This document shows positions 1-11,427 of a DNA stretch of 64,000 nt, piece by piece (position 1 is the stretch's first letter; every line of letters starts with the position of its first letter). The notes under the pieces were generated by a model. The model saw only the letters and a program-made list of their open reading frames with translations. It had not been told where the DNA came from and did not search any database. The translations under genes were made by a program, and so were the position numbers. Source of the DNA: Octopus vulgaris (lineage: Eukaryota); the NCBI GenBank assembly GCA_951406725.2, contig OX597827.1:60946001-61010000 (forward strand). The letters run 5' to 3'.

Positions 1-13
1 AGTCATGGCTAGA

Positions 14-109
14 CTATCTTTGATCATGTGTTAATACATGAAGATACTGAATTATCTTCATATCAGATACAGTGTCTAAATGACTGCAGAAACCCTTTTG
101 GATTGACAA
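14..109 (-). CDS. Probable terminal coding exon of an unidentified gene (LSIQKGFCSHLDTVSDMKIIQYLHVLTHDQR*)
   Basis: U-rich 97-nt intron (110-206) ending aaacag; 96 nt in phase 0 to TAG at 14-16; in frame with the upstream exon. Confidence 0.5.
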   Translation of the reverse strand: MSIQKGFCSHLDTVSDMKIIQYLHVLTHDQR

Positions 110-206
110 CTGTTTCATTAACAAAACCCATACAAGATTATAAAACAAAAAAAAGGTGGGGGGGGGGGGTAACCAACAACAAATAAAAGGGGTAAATGTA
201 CCAAAC

Positions 207-329
207 TTTAATATCGGTTGATATACAACTCTCCAGTTCCTGTATAAGGACCACTGCAGGCACACACTCCTGTAGTTCTGCTGTCACTTCTTTCAGAAAG
301 TCTCTGGTTTCTTTAGTAAGTGTCTCAGG
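207..329 (-). CDS. Probable penultimate coding exon (PETLTKETRDFLKEVTAELQECVPAVVLIQELESCISTDIK)
   Basis: Strong acceptor ttttttatcttccag|CCT; only one open frame; 123 nt phase 0-0; donor AAA|gtttgg is weak (alternative TTTG|gtacat at 202). Confidence 0.55.
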
Positions 330-379
330 CTGGAAGATAAAAAATGTTGTAAGGGTAACAATATACAGAGGCAATACTG

Positions 380-610
380 AAAACATGTAATCACAGTATA
401 AACATAACACCACCAACAATAAACAACACAACTGACAGTAGACAACACAACAGGTTTTAAACAATACAATGAGCAATGAACAGCACAATGGACTGTTAAC
501 AACATAATGAACAGTGAACAATACAACAGGCAGTAAAAATTGCAATGAACAGTAAACAATGCAATGAACAATAAACCCATCCCAATCACATTGCAAACAA
601 TGAAATGAAC
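380..610. repeat. Degenerate AAC-rich low-complexity repeat
   Basis: Repeated aacaatacaa/atgaacag motifs. Confidence 0.6.
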
Positions 611-679
611 CCACATTTATGCCTGGTACTTTCCTATCAGTCTCTTTTGCTGAACCACAAAGTTGTTGTTGTTTGTTCC

Positions 680-972
680 TTCTTGAGCCACACCTGGCTC
701 ATAGGGCCGGTTTCCCGGTTTCCTTGGCATATAGGTTTTCCCACCTGGACGGAACGCCGGTCCATTGCAGGTGAGCTGCAAGATGCAGGAGGAAAGAGTG
801 AGAGAAAGTTGTGGTGAAAGAGTCAGCAGAAGTTTGCCATTACCTTCTGCCGGAGCCGTGTGGAGCTTAGGTGTTTCACTCATAAACATGCACATCGCCT
901 GGTCTGAGATTCGAACCTGCAATCCCTCGACCGCAAGTCCGCTGCTCAAACCACTAGGCCATGTGCCTCCAC
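680..972 (-). mobile_element. tRNA-derived SINE, V-domain-like family (family D)
   Basis: Diverged reverse complement of 3997-4237 and colinear with 33165-33447. Confidence 0.75.
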
Positions 973-1052
973 GAACCACAAAGTTACAGGGACACAAACA
1001 CACCGATATCGGTTGTCAAGCAGTGACAGGAACAAACACAGACACATACAAA

Positions 1053-1090
<38 letters not shown>

Positions 1091-1641
1091 TGTATGTGAG
1101 AGAGAAGCTTCTTTCAGTTTCTGCCTACTAAATCCACTCACACGGCTTTGGTTGGCTTGAGTCTATAGTAGAAGACAGTTACCCAAGATACCACCATGTG
1201 GTTGGGAAGCAAACTTCTTATTTCTTTATTTCCCATAAGGGGCTAAACAGAGGGGACAAACAAGGACGGACAAAGGGATTAAGTAGTTCGGCAAAAGAGA
1301 AAACACCATGCAGACTGCAACAGTCAATAAAACAGAAACATAGTTTAAAAATTTATTCTTTCAGTGAGTCCCAGTACCAAATAATCCATGGCCCAGGGTT
1401 GGGACCTGTCAGAGCATTATATATTGCAATATAGAGCAATGCTCCGCAACCACTTTTTCACTTGCAGTACACTTATATTCTTTTCAAAATTCGGTGGCAC
1501 ACTTGAACTAAAAGCATAAAACTAAAAGCATAGGGCAAAAAAAAAATTATACTCAGGTTACACTGCGGCACACTGGTTGTGGAGAACTGGCATAGAGGCA
1601 GTAGTATACTATGATAAAGCATTTTAATAGTACTGTACAAA

Positions 1642-1993
1642 TCTCTATATATATAAATGGCAAAATGTCTGCGTGTGTGTCCTTTATACAAATCCACAAT
1701 TTTTCAGTTATAGGGCTTGCACTTTCTATGGTCATTCAAATCTGTCCAAGGGTGGTCATGCACATCTTTACATTTCCCCAGTCACCCCGTAAAGCCATTA
1801 AAAAAATCAATAGAAGTGACTTTTTTGTGAATTTTCTATCCAAAACTCAATCAAAATGCCCGAAACTTGATATGCCAATTGAACGCCAGCTAGCTGTATG
1901 TGATTGGTCGGAGATTTGGACGGTACTCGCGTGTATGTGCACACGCACGCAGCTGTATATGCATGCACTAGCGTTGCCGGGTCATAGTGCTAG
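1642..1993 (+). mobile_element. Non-autonomous Helitron (family H1)
   Basis: 5' A|TC, 3' gccgggtcatagtgCTAG|T, no TSD; homologous to 17278-17962. Confidence 0.75.
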
Positions 1994-2233
1994 TAGCATA
2001 TAATAGTATAGTGTAATGTACAAATGTACTATTTATATAATACAACACACATTAGCAAGAAGATCACATACTTAAATAACCTCTTGAACCAGAATTAATA
2101 AGATAAAATCAATATAAGCTGATAGACAACTGAATATGAATACATAAATATATTAATATACATACTACTTACATATATATCTATCTTAATATACATACAT
2201 ATATGCATACACACACACACACACATATATATG

Positions 2234-2251
2234 TGATTTTATAACGCACTA

Positions 2252-2301
<50 letters not shown>

Positions 2302-2586
2302 AGAAAACCAAAAAATACTAAGTCTATTTGTTTGTGTGTGTGTATACATACATATGTATTTGTGATTATCAAGTAATTACTAATCCAACTAAGAGGACAG
2401 ATAATTCCTTTGAGAGTTTACATAATCTGTTTTATATAAGACAAACATTCACCATTTGTGTGTGTGAATACCAATCAGCTAAATTATTCCATTCTTAGAA
2501 TCAACAAGGGAGCCTCTAAGCAATTGTCAGGCTCACTAGAAATACCACCACCTAAATTTCCCTTCCTTGATTTTATAACGCACTAT
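2234..2586 (-). mobile_element. Degenerate Penelope-pLTR/retrozyme-like element
   Basis: 19-bp direct repeat tgattttataacgcactat (2234-2252, 2568-2586); minus-strand agc-CTGACAA...CTTAGA/TCTAAG stem...GAA...gct resembles a decayed HHR. Confidence 0.35.
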
Positions 2587-2610
2587 CTCAAAAATAAATA
2601 AATTAATAAA

Positions 2611-3267
2611 TCTCTCTATATATAAAGCTGAAGTTGTCTGTGTGTAGCAGGTTTGGTAGCCTTCAACTAACACTATCTCCCCCGAGACCCTGCGGCGCAA
2701 GTTGACCAAAAGTGAGAGTATGATAGAAGAAGGCTTGCTCTTCCTTCCGTAGAAGAAAAAATTCAAATCGGACCATGTTAACACCAACAATTATTTACAT
2801 CAAAAAGGTGCTTTTTTTCTATGAAAATCCCTATTTTTTACGATTTTTTTACTGCTGTGTCGCCATTTTTCGGTGTATTTCAACCAGAAAAGTGTTGCTC
2901 GGGTTTGTTTCGACCCTTTAGAATTGGAATTTTTGAAAAGTAAAAATTTTGCCTTATGTAGCTTGTTATTCTCTTTAAGTGAACATTTTTCTGGTTGAAA
3001 TACACCGAAAAATGGCGACACAGCAGTCAAAAACTCATAAAAAATAGGGATTTTCATAGGAAAAAAGCACCTTTTTGATGTAAATAATTTTTGGTGTTAA
3101 CATGGTCCGATTTGAATTTTTTCTTCTACGGAAGGAAGAGCAAGCCTTCTTGTATCATACTCTCACTTTTGGTCAACTTGTGCCGCAGGGTCTCGGAGGA
3201 GATAGTATTAGTTGAAGGCTACCAAACCTACCATACACAGATAACTTCAGCTTTATATATATAGAGA
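2611..3267. mobile_element. Two copies of Helitron family H2, tail-to-tail, forming a ~650-bp inverted repeat
   Basis: 2611-2892 (+, 5' part) and ~2893-3267 (-, nearly full) both match 38515-39078; TC 5' ends point outward. Confidence 0.8.
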
Positions 3268-3996
3268 TGTATGTGTATACGTATGTGTGTGTAAAATAAA
3301 ACAACATTAACAAACAAAAAAACAAAAGTAAAAGCCCACGGTTATGTCACTCACATGCTTGTTCATGATGACTGATAGTGTTGTTGCTATTGTTGTTCAA
3401 TGTTAGTTGGTTAGTTTTTGAGGTGAAGAGGAGGAAGAAGAAGAGTTGTAGAGAGTTAAAGTGATGAAGATAGACCGCAAAAAGGTTAGGGCAAAAGTTC
3501 AGGCCAGCAGCGGGCGGCAATGAGCAGGTTGCTGTTGTTATTGTCAGAAACAATAACATCAACAATGGTAGCTGCAACAGTAATGAAAATTAGCAAACAA
3601 ACAAATAAATAAATAAATAACAGATTAATTAGGTAAATAAACAAATTAATACGCAGTCAGTGCGAAGGAAAAAGTTGAGAAGGGTGGGGCGCGGAGAAGA
3701 GTTTAGAAATTACACAAGCAAAAGTGCTGAACAGGCAAAAGATCAGTGAGCGAATGCAGGTGTGTAGACGTGGCTTTGTGCTTGATAAGCTTGCTTTGCA
3801 GCTGTGTGGCTTGGGGTTCAGTGACATTAGGTGGCACCTTGGGCGAGTGCATTCTATGACAGACCCAGGGTGACCAATGGTTTGTGAGTAAAATTGGTAG
3901 GTGAAAACTATGTGGGATCCTGTCATATAATCAGGAATCTTGCAAAATGAATTGATAATTGTGTGTGTATATGTATATATATATATATATATATAT

Positions 3997-4237
3997 GGAG
4001 GCGCAATGGCCCAGTGGTTAGGGCAGCGGACTCGCGGTTGGAGGATCGCAGTTTCGATTCCCAGACCGGGCGTTGTGTGTGTTTATTGAGTGAAAACACC
4101 TAAAGCTCCACGAAGCTCCGGCACTCTTCTTCCTGTTTCTTGAGTAACGCTGCGATGGACTGGCGTCCCGCCCAGCTGGGGAGAACACATATGCCATAGA
4201 AACCAGAAACCGGGAAACTGGTCCCATGAGCCTGGCT
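3997..4237 (+). mobile_element. tRNA-derived SINE with V-SINE-like core (family D)
   Basis: A box tggcccagtgg, B box gtttcgattcc, core tgcgatggactggcgtcccg. Confidence 0.8.
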
Positions 4238-4911
4238 TTTCAGCCTCCACCTCGTATATATTCATACAATGGACTTCAATTTGTTTTTCTGTCTACCAAA
4301 TTAACTCACAAGGCTTTGGTTGGAGTGGAGCTATAATAGAAGACCCCTTGCCTAAGGTTCTGTTCAGATGGAGTGAAGCCGAGATGACATGGTTGGGAAT
4401 CAAACTTCTTAACCACAAAGCCATGCTTGCACCTATTAACACACACACATACAAATAAATATAATCATCATTTAACATCTGTATTCTATACTGGCAGAGG
4501 CTGGATGGTTTGACAAGATCAGACTAGAGGACAGCATTAGGCTCTAATGTCTGCTTTGGCATGGCTTATCTCTATATTTATAGCCCTCTTCTGTCTCTCT
4601 CTCTCTCTCTCATGTGTATGTGTGTGTGTGTGTGTGTGTGTATAGATATTATTGTACATATATATATATATATATATGTATGTATATATATCTGTGTGTG
4701 CATATATAGATATATATATACATATATATATGTATGTGTACATATATATATATATATCTGTGTGTGCATATATATATATACATACATACACGCATATATA
4801 TATACATACATGCATATATATGTATATATTATATTAATATATATCTGTGTGTGTGTATATATATATGTATGTATATATATGTGTGTGTGTGTGTGTGCAT
4901 GCATATATGTA

Positions 4912-4953
<42 letters not shown>

Positions 4954-5508
4954 ATTAAGCTGTTAAGCTAGTGAAACTGATCAAGTACCAAACTTCTGCT
5001 AGATGATATCAATACAAAAACAGAGACCGAATAGATACAGTGAAGGATAGGATTACAATTTTAGAATATATTGTTTCAGAGATGGATGTCATCAAGGTTG
5101 GCACAAAAAAGTAAAGAATTGTTGTTGTTGTTGTTTAACTCTGGGTCAGCCCTGATGAAGCAAACCTATGATTAAAGGTATTCCAGCCATGACCATCCCA
5201 TCTTTTAGAGTGGAGTGCCAAAAGAGATTTTTAGGTTTTATTTAAAAGCCATTCCTTTTCGGATGTATGCTTGCAGAGAGATATTACATTTGTTTGCAGG
5301 GAGTTATTACATTTCCTGGTAACCCTCTTTTAGAGCTTACAACTCTTGGTAACTTGGAGAGAAAAGTAAGGTATACCAAAGGATCTATGCCCATTATTAT
5401 AAAAATCAGTTATTTCATTAAAGTTACAAACAAAACGTGATTGTAACCAGGGTTTATCAGGATAAAGAAAGTCACCCTAAGCCTTGAAAAACAGAACCTC
5501 AACTTTAT

Positions 5509-5988
5509 CAGTTCTGTATTTAAGAGATGAGGAATTATGTACATTATTTACGTTCGACGGTTATTTGTCCTCATCTTGTTTGTTGTTAACACAACGTTTT
5601 GGCTGATATACCCTCCAGCCTTCATCAGATGTCTTGGGGAAATTCCAAACCTGGGTTCTCATTCCTAAGGTACTTTTCGATATTATTATTATTATTGTTG
5701 TTCAGATCACTGCTTGCTTGGAATTGAACTTGGAATCTTGGGGTTAGTAGCCCATGCTCTTAATCCCAAGATTCCGAGTTCAATTCCAAGCAGTTACCTG
5801 AACAACAACAACAACAATAATAATAATAGTAATAATAACAATAACAACCTCGAAAAATACCTTAGGAATGAGAACCCAGGTTCGAAATTTCCCCAAGACA
5901 CCTAAAGAAGGCTGGAGGGTATATCAGCCGATTTGTTGTGTTAACAACACATAAGATGAGGACAAATATCCGTCGAATGTAAATAATG
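5509..5988. mobile_element. tRNA-headed, hammerhead-bearing Penelope-type element inserted as an inverted pair
   Basis: 5509-5763 (-) and 5764-5988 (+) are reverse complements; TSD ctcaactttat at 5498-5508 and 5989-5999; B-box-like gagttcaattcc. Confidence 0.75.
5587..5633 (-). ncRNA. Minimal type I hammerhead ribozyme motif (GAAA mutated to AAAA in this copy)
   Basis: gacat-CTGATGA-a-GGCTG gagggtatat CAGCC-AAAAC-GTT-gtgtt; palindromic stem III AACGTT. Confidence 0.55.
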
Positions 5989-6849
5989 CTCAACTTTATA
6001 ATCATAGTACTTACATCTACTTTCTATGCTGGCATGGGTAAGAAGAGTCATTACAGTTTGAACTAGCTCTCATTCAGAGTTTATTGTCCTAAATGGGTTG
6101 GGAGAGAATTTATCACCAAAACATTATTAACCTTTTGCCTAACCTGTGTATCATATGTGACACACAGGACATATTTTGTTGGTGTCATGCATCAGATATG
6201 ACACACTTTCCCAATTTCTTTTCAACCACTGCAGTAATTTGAGACTTATGAAAAGGAAGGCTTTATATTACTCAGAACGTATGAAACAAGGACTAATTTA
6301 AAAGTCTTCAAATAAAGAAGTTTAGGATAAACTTACTAAGATGCTTTGGACAAATGGTTAAATATGGCAGGGTATCTACAATGAGGTGTCCTTTCTATCA
6401 CTAATCACTTTACAGAGCTTACTAAGAACATTTTATTTTGGGAGCAGTAATAGAGAAGTTATGTCCTCCACAAGACAAGACTAAGGGACTTCATGAACCG
6501 GCACTGTCTTCACTTATTTGCCAAATGTTCAATTTCTCCCTCTTGGGGTTCGTAGTCTTGTCAGCTGCACAGTAACCTCATTAGCGTTGGTGACATGGAA
6601 AATGCACTTAGTACACAATGTAAAGTGGCAAGTACTACGAAAGGCATCTAACCACAGAAACCATGCTGAAGTAGATACTGGCCCACAATGCAGTCCTTGG
6701 ACCCATGGACGTTAAATGATGATGATGATGAGCATTTAGGATCATGTTATGCAATGTCCCCCTGCCCACTTTTTTAAGAAGGAGGATGTAATTTGAGGGT
6801 GTTTGGTTGCAGTTTCTAGAAGGCTGACTGCATGAAGGCTCTCTCTCAC

Positions 6850-7130
6850 TGACATGTTAGTTGTAATGTATGGAGGTAATGATAGAGTGGGAGTGTTTAA
6901 AACAGCCAATGGTTGTGCAGGGCCAGAGGTGCAAAGGCAAAGTTCTAATTTGGAAGTAAGAAACAGGTCATGCAAATTGGGTATGGATGAATGGTTGCTG
7001 GAAATGAAAAGTTCTGTATAGGGAGAATGGCAAAGAATTTTGCTTTTGCACCGTTTGAGCCAACATGAGAGAATAACGAAGGTTACAGATCAAAGAAGAG
7101 TGTTACAATAGGTAGATAAGCAGTTATTAA
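6850..7130 (-). mobile_element. Decayed LINE (Jockey/CR1-group) AP-endonuclease fragment
   Basis: Translates across frameshifts to SHVGSNGAKAKFFAIL...NLHDLFLTS, resembling the endonuclease-end motif FAIL..L.Q.V.FPT...LDLFLTS. Confidence 0.45.
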
Positions 7131-7372
7131 ATTCTAGAGAAGAGCTACAGCTAAAACTAGTTATTAAACAAACACTAGAAAAATGGCTGGGAGGAATAGG
7201 TGAATGAATATTAAGTGAACACTTCAGAATAACTGAACAGCTAGTGAATACTTTAGGAACATGCAGTGAAAATTTAGTGAACAGAACCTCAGCTAAAACC
7301 AGTTATTAAACAAATACTGGAGAAGTAGAGGTGAGGAATAGGTGAACATTTAGTGACAATTTCAGAATAATT

Positions 7373-7996
7373 GAACAATATATGGTCGGTGAACACTTCT
7401 GAATAACTGAACAATACATGGTCGGTGAACACTTCTGAATAACTGAACAATACATGGTCGGTGAACACTTCTGAATAACTGAACAATACATGGTCGGTGA
7501 ACACTTCTGAATAACTGAACAATACATGGTCGGTGAACACTTCTGAATAACTGAACAATACATGGTCGGTGAACACTTCTGAATAACTGAACAATACATG
7601 GTCGGTGAACACTTCTGAATAACTGAACAATACATGGTCGGTGAACACTTCTGAATAACTGAACAATACATGGTCGGTGAACACTTCTGAATAACTGAAC
7701 AATACATGGTCAGTGAACACTTCTGAATAACTGAACAATACATGGTCAGTGAACACTTCTGAATAACTGAACAATACATGGTCAGTGAACACTTCTGAAT
7801 AACTGAACAATACATGGTCAGTGAACACTTCTGAATAACTGAACAATACATGGTCAGTGAACACTTCTGAATAACTGAACAATACATGGTCAGTGAACAC
7901 TTCTGAATAACTGAACAATACATGGTCAGTGAACACTTCTGAATAACTGAACAATACATGGTCAGTGAACACTTCTGAATAATTGAACAATACATG
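7373..7996. repeat. 36-bp minisatellite, 17 full units plus a partial unit
   Basis: Unit gaacaatacatggtc(g/a)gtgaacacttctgaataact; no spacers. Confidence 0.97.
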
Positions 7997-8547
7997 ATTA
8001 AAGAACACTTTATAAACATTTAGTGAACAACTTTCATAGACAGCAATACAAATTACTAGAACACATTTCACACATATGCAATAATCATTTAAATTTAGCG
8101 ATCATTCTAACAAAAATTTGAAATGGTATACATTGTTAAAGCGTTTTGAACAACTAGTAAACACCTGTAGTTGACAGTTAATAAACATTTTAGAATAAAG
8201 CCAGCGGGGAAGCATCATTCAAATGTTACAACAATGAAAGGAATCTGTTCGGAGACCAGAAGAAAGTTGTAAATTCATTAACTGATGATTAATACACACA
8301 CAGCTTATACTTGTACTACTACAACTAGAACAATAAAAACATAGGCACGGGCATGGTTGTGTGATCCAGAAGCTCACTTTGCAACCATGTGGTTTTGGGT
8401 TCAGTCCCACTGCATAGAACCTTGGGTAAGTTTCTTCTACATGGCCTCAAGCTGACCAAAGCCTTGCGAGTCAATTTAGTGGATGGAAACTGTGGATGCA
8501 CATCATGTGTGTGTGTGTATGCATATATAAATAAATATATAGATATA

Positions 8548-8770
8548 CAGTAGGGGCCATAATATAAGGGTCAGTAAGAACAAGTGTATTGAAATAGTTA
8601 TTATAGAAGATTAACAACACATTGAGACTTGATATTTTACACATATTTAGATATATCTAATATCTACCTTTCGTAAAAATTTCAAGTGAATGGAATAAAT
8701 ATTTTGTAAGTTATGAGGAAATAAACAAATAATCTTCTAAACTGCAATGGCCAAAAGTTAAGGGTCACTT
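8548..8770 (+). mobile_element. Tc1-like left end with IR/DR organisation
   Basis: TA|CAGTAGGGGCC start; direct repeats ggccataatataagggtca (8555-8573) and ggccaaaagttaagggtca (8749-8767). Confidence 0.5.
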
Positions 8771-8789
8771 AGAAAAAAATGAACTACTA

Positions 8790-9197
8790 GGAGTGGCTGT
8801 GTGGTAAGTAGCTTGCTTACCAACCACATGGTTCCGGGTTCAGTCCCACTGCATGGCATCTTGGGCAAGTGTCTTCTGCTATGGCCCCGGGCCGACCAAT
8901 GCCTTGTGAGTGGATTTGGTAGACGGAAACTGAAAGAAGCCTGTTGTATATATGTGTATATATATATATATGTATGCGTGTGTGTGTTTGTGTGTCTGTG
9001 TTTGTCCCCCTAGCATTGCTTGACAACCGATGCTGGTGTGTTTACGTCCCAGTCACTTAGCGGTTCGGCAAAAGAGACTGATAGAATAAGTACTGGGCTT
9101 CCAAAGTATAAGTCCTGGGGTTGATTTGCTCGACTAAAGGCGGTGCTCCAGCATGGCCGCAGTCAAATGACTGAAACAAGTAAAAGAGTAAAGAGTA
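8790..9197 (+). mobile_element. Dominant tRNA-derived SINE with internal microsatellite (family A)
   Basis: A/B boxes tggctgtgtgg / ggttcagtccc, 3' tail gaaacaagtaaaagagta; many near-identical copies in the window. Confidence 0.9.
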
Positions 9198-9234
9198 CTA
9201 ACCAAGCTATTTGTTGTTTAAAAGACATAACTGT

Positions 9235-9428
9235 GCAGGTGGCATGTAAAAAGCACCCACTACACTCTCGGAGTGGTTGGCGTTAGGAAGGGCATCCAGC
9301 TGTAGAAACTCTGCCAAATCAAGATTGAAGCCTGGTGCAGCCATCTGGTTCGCCAGCCCTCAGTCAAAATCATCCAACTCATGCTAGCATGGAAAGCAGG
9401 TGTTAAACAATGATGATGATGATGATGA
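9235..9428 (+). mobile_element. SINE/LINE-tail repeat ending in (gat)n (family C)
   Basis: gttaggaagggcatccagctgtagaaac...catgctagcatggaaag; other copies at 11680-11920 (-), 17340-17665 (+), 18060-18245 (-). Confidence 0.8.
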
Positions 9429-9688
9429 ATGGGCTAATCTTATTTTACAGGTTATCCAACATCCTTATTAATGCCAGTGGCATGAAAGAAAACCATATAA
9501 GTCAAAGACATTTATGCAATGTTTGTTGAATCCTTTTTTTAAGACAGTAGGGTGTGATTTGAAGCATATTTTGCTTCTATTTCTAATCTGTTGATCAAGC
9601 ACATAAGGGCAGCCAGTTGTCGGCGGCAGGTGACTTATTCCAAGTTATTCTGAACTGTGTTCTTCACCTGTACTACTGTAGAAAATAC

Positions 9689-9852
9689 TCTTTTACTTGT
9701 TTCAGTCATGTGACTGTGACCATGCTGGAGCACTGCCTTTAGTCGAGCAAATCAACCCCAGGACTTATTCTTTGTAAGCCTAGTACTTATTCTATCGGTC
9801 TCTTTTGCCGAACCACTAAGTTACGGGCACGTAAACACAGACACACACACAC

Positions 9853-9893
<41 letters not shown>

Positions 9894-9907
9894 CATACAT
9901 ACATATA

Positions 9908-9941
<34 letters not shown>

Positions 9942-9985
9942 CATATACATACATATATATATATACATATACATACATACATATA

Positions 9986-10016
<31 letters not shown>

Positions 10017-10160
10017 CTACGACGGGCTTATTTTCAGTTTCCGTCTACTAAATCCACTCACAAGGCTTTGGTCGGCCCAAGGCTATAGTAGAAGACACTT
10101 GCCCAATGTGCCACGCAGTAGGACTTAAACCCGGAACCATGTGGGTGGTAAGCAAGCTAC
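9689..10160 (-). mobile_element. SINE family A
   Basis: Reverse complement of 8790-9197. Confidence 0.9.
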
Positions 10161-10679
10161 TTACCACACAGCCACTCCTTGGCGATGTACTTTATATGAA
10201 TGACCTTGGATAGCATGATTGTGGTTAATAATACTCAATTTGAAACATCACTAAGTTACCGGCTGGTTTAGCAGGTGTGGGATATTTATTGATGGTAGTG
10301 GAAGGTGGGGAGAGAATGGAATGAGAAAATGATGTTTAAGGAGAAATGAGGAGTCAGGAGAGGGGGTGAGACATGTATTTGGAGCAAAGAGTTTAGTTTA
10401 GAACGTGTTGCTGTTTAACCCCCAGGACAGACCCGTGGAAAAAAAAGACATTTCAGCTGTGTCTATCTCACCTACGCAGTTCAATGTATCTTTTTAGAGA
10501 TGGTTGGGTCCAAGCTGAGATAAATTTAGTTTCTATTCATAGCAGGTTGAGCAACTGCGTAGACACCCCATCATTGGTTCATGTTTAAAAAAGAATGTCT
10601 GAGAAGTGAGACACAATGGGAGGGATGAAGGGGAGGAAAGGGCAGCTGAGGAGGAAATATATGGGTGTTGTTTTGGAAG

Positions 10680-11005
10680 TTGGTGGTGGTATGGTGATGA
10701 AGATGATGATGATGACGATGGTAGTAATACCGATGGTGGTGGTGGCATTAGTCATGATCATGACAATGGTGAGGATGGTGGTAGTGGTGTGTTACTGTGC
10801 TGAGCATGCTAATAATGGTAGTGGCAGTAGTGATGGTGATGGTGGTGGTAGTGGTGAAGATGGTGGTAGAGGTGATGAAGGTGGTGGCAGTGGTGGTGAT
10901 AGTGATGATGGTGGTGGCAGTGGTGGTGATATGTATTGAAAGTGGGTGGTGGTGGTTGGTAGTCAGTATGTATTGAAAGTGGGTGGTGGTGGTGGTGTGG
11001 TGATG
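10680..11005. repeat. (GGT/GAT)n low-complexity tract
   Basis: Seen directly; source of the Gly/Asp/Thr-rich pseudo-ORFs. Confidence 0.85.
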
Positions 11006-11296
11006 AAGCCTGAACAACTCTCTACCTGGCAGGTGGCTTTACATTTTTTGGATGCAGTCCAGAATGTGTGTGTGCGTGCGCGTGTGTGTGTGAGTGTGTG
11101 TGTGTGTAATATCCTGGATATATGAACAGCACTCTTAATGTATAGTTATTGTTTAACAAGTGTATGTGTGTGTGTGTGTACATGTAACTGCGTTTATTTA
11201 CAAACACACACACATTATATATATATGATATATATAAAATACATACACACACACAGTGTATGTTTGTATATATGTGTGGGTATATGTCTGTGTGTG

Positions 11297-11342
<46 letters not shown>

Positions 11343-11394
11343 CACACACACACACATATATATACACACACACACACATACACACACACACACA

Positions 11395-11427
<33 letters not shown>

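Noticed and set aside
3347-3577. 76-aa ORF with a signal-peptide-like start and gtgagt donor
   Set aside because: Non-ATG start, low-complexity content, phase incompatible with the exon at 329
3997-4070. tRNA genes at SINE heads
   Set aside because: A/B boxes continue into SINE bodies; no complete cloverleaf or terminator
4537-4971. YIYI/CVCV/HTHT ORFs (also at 9.8-10.1, 11.0-11.6, 15.6-16.5 and 34.9-35.2 kb)
   Set aside because: Translations of (TA)n/(TG)n microsatellites
7373-7996. CRISPR array (36-bp repeats)
   Set aside because: Units are contiguous with no unique spacers; eukaryotic context; no cas genes
9451-9520. Plus-strand exon after ctaatcttattttacag
   Set aside because: Good acceptor but weak donor and no partner exons
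10533-11017. Gly/Asp-rich or Thr/His-rich protein (also 33.9-34.2 and 59.8-60.6 kb)
   Set aside because: (GGT/GAT)n low complexity, open in several frames on both strands, no splice support
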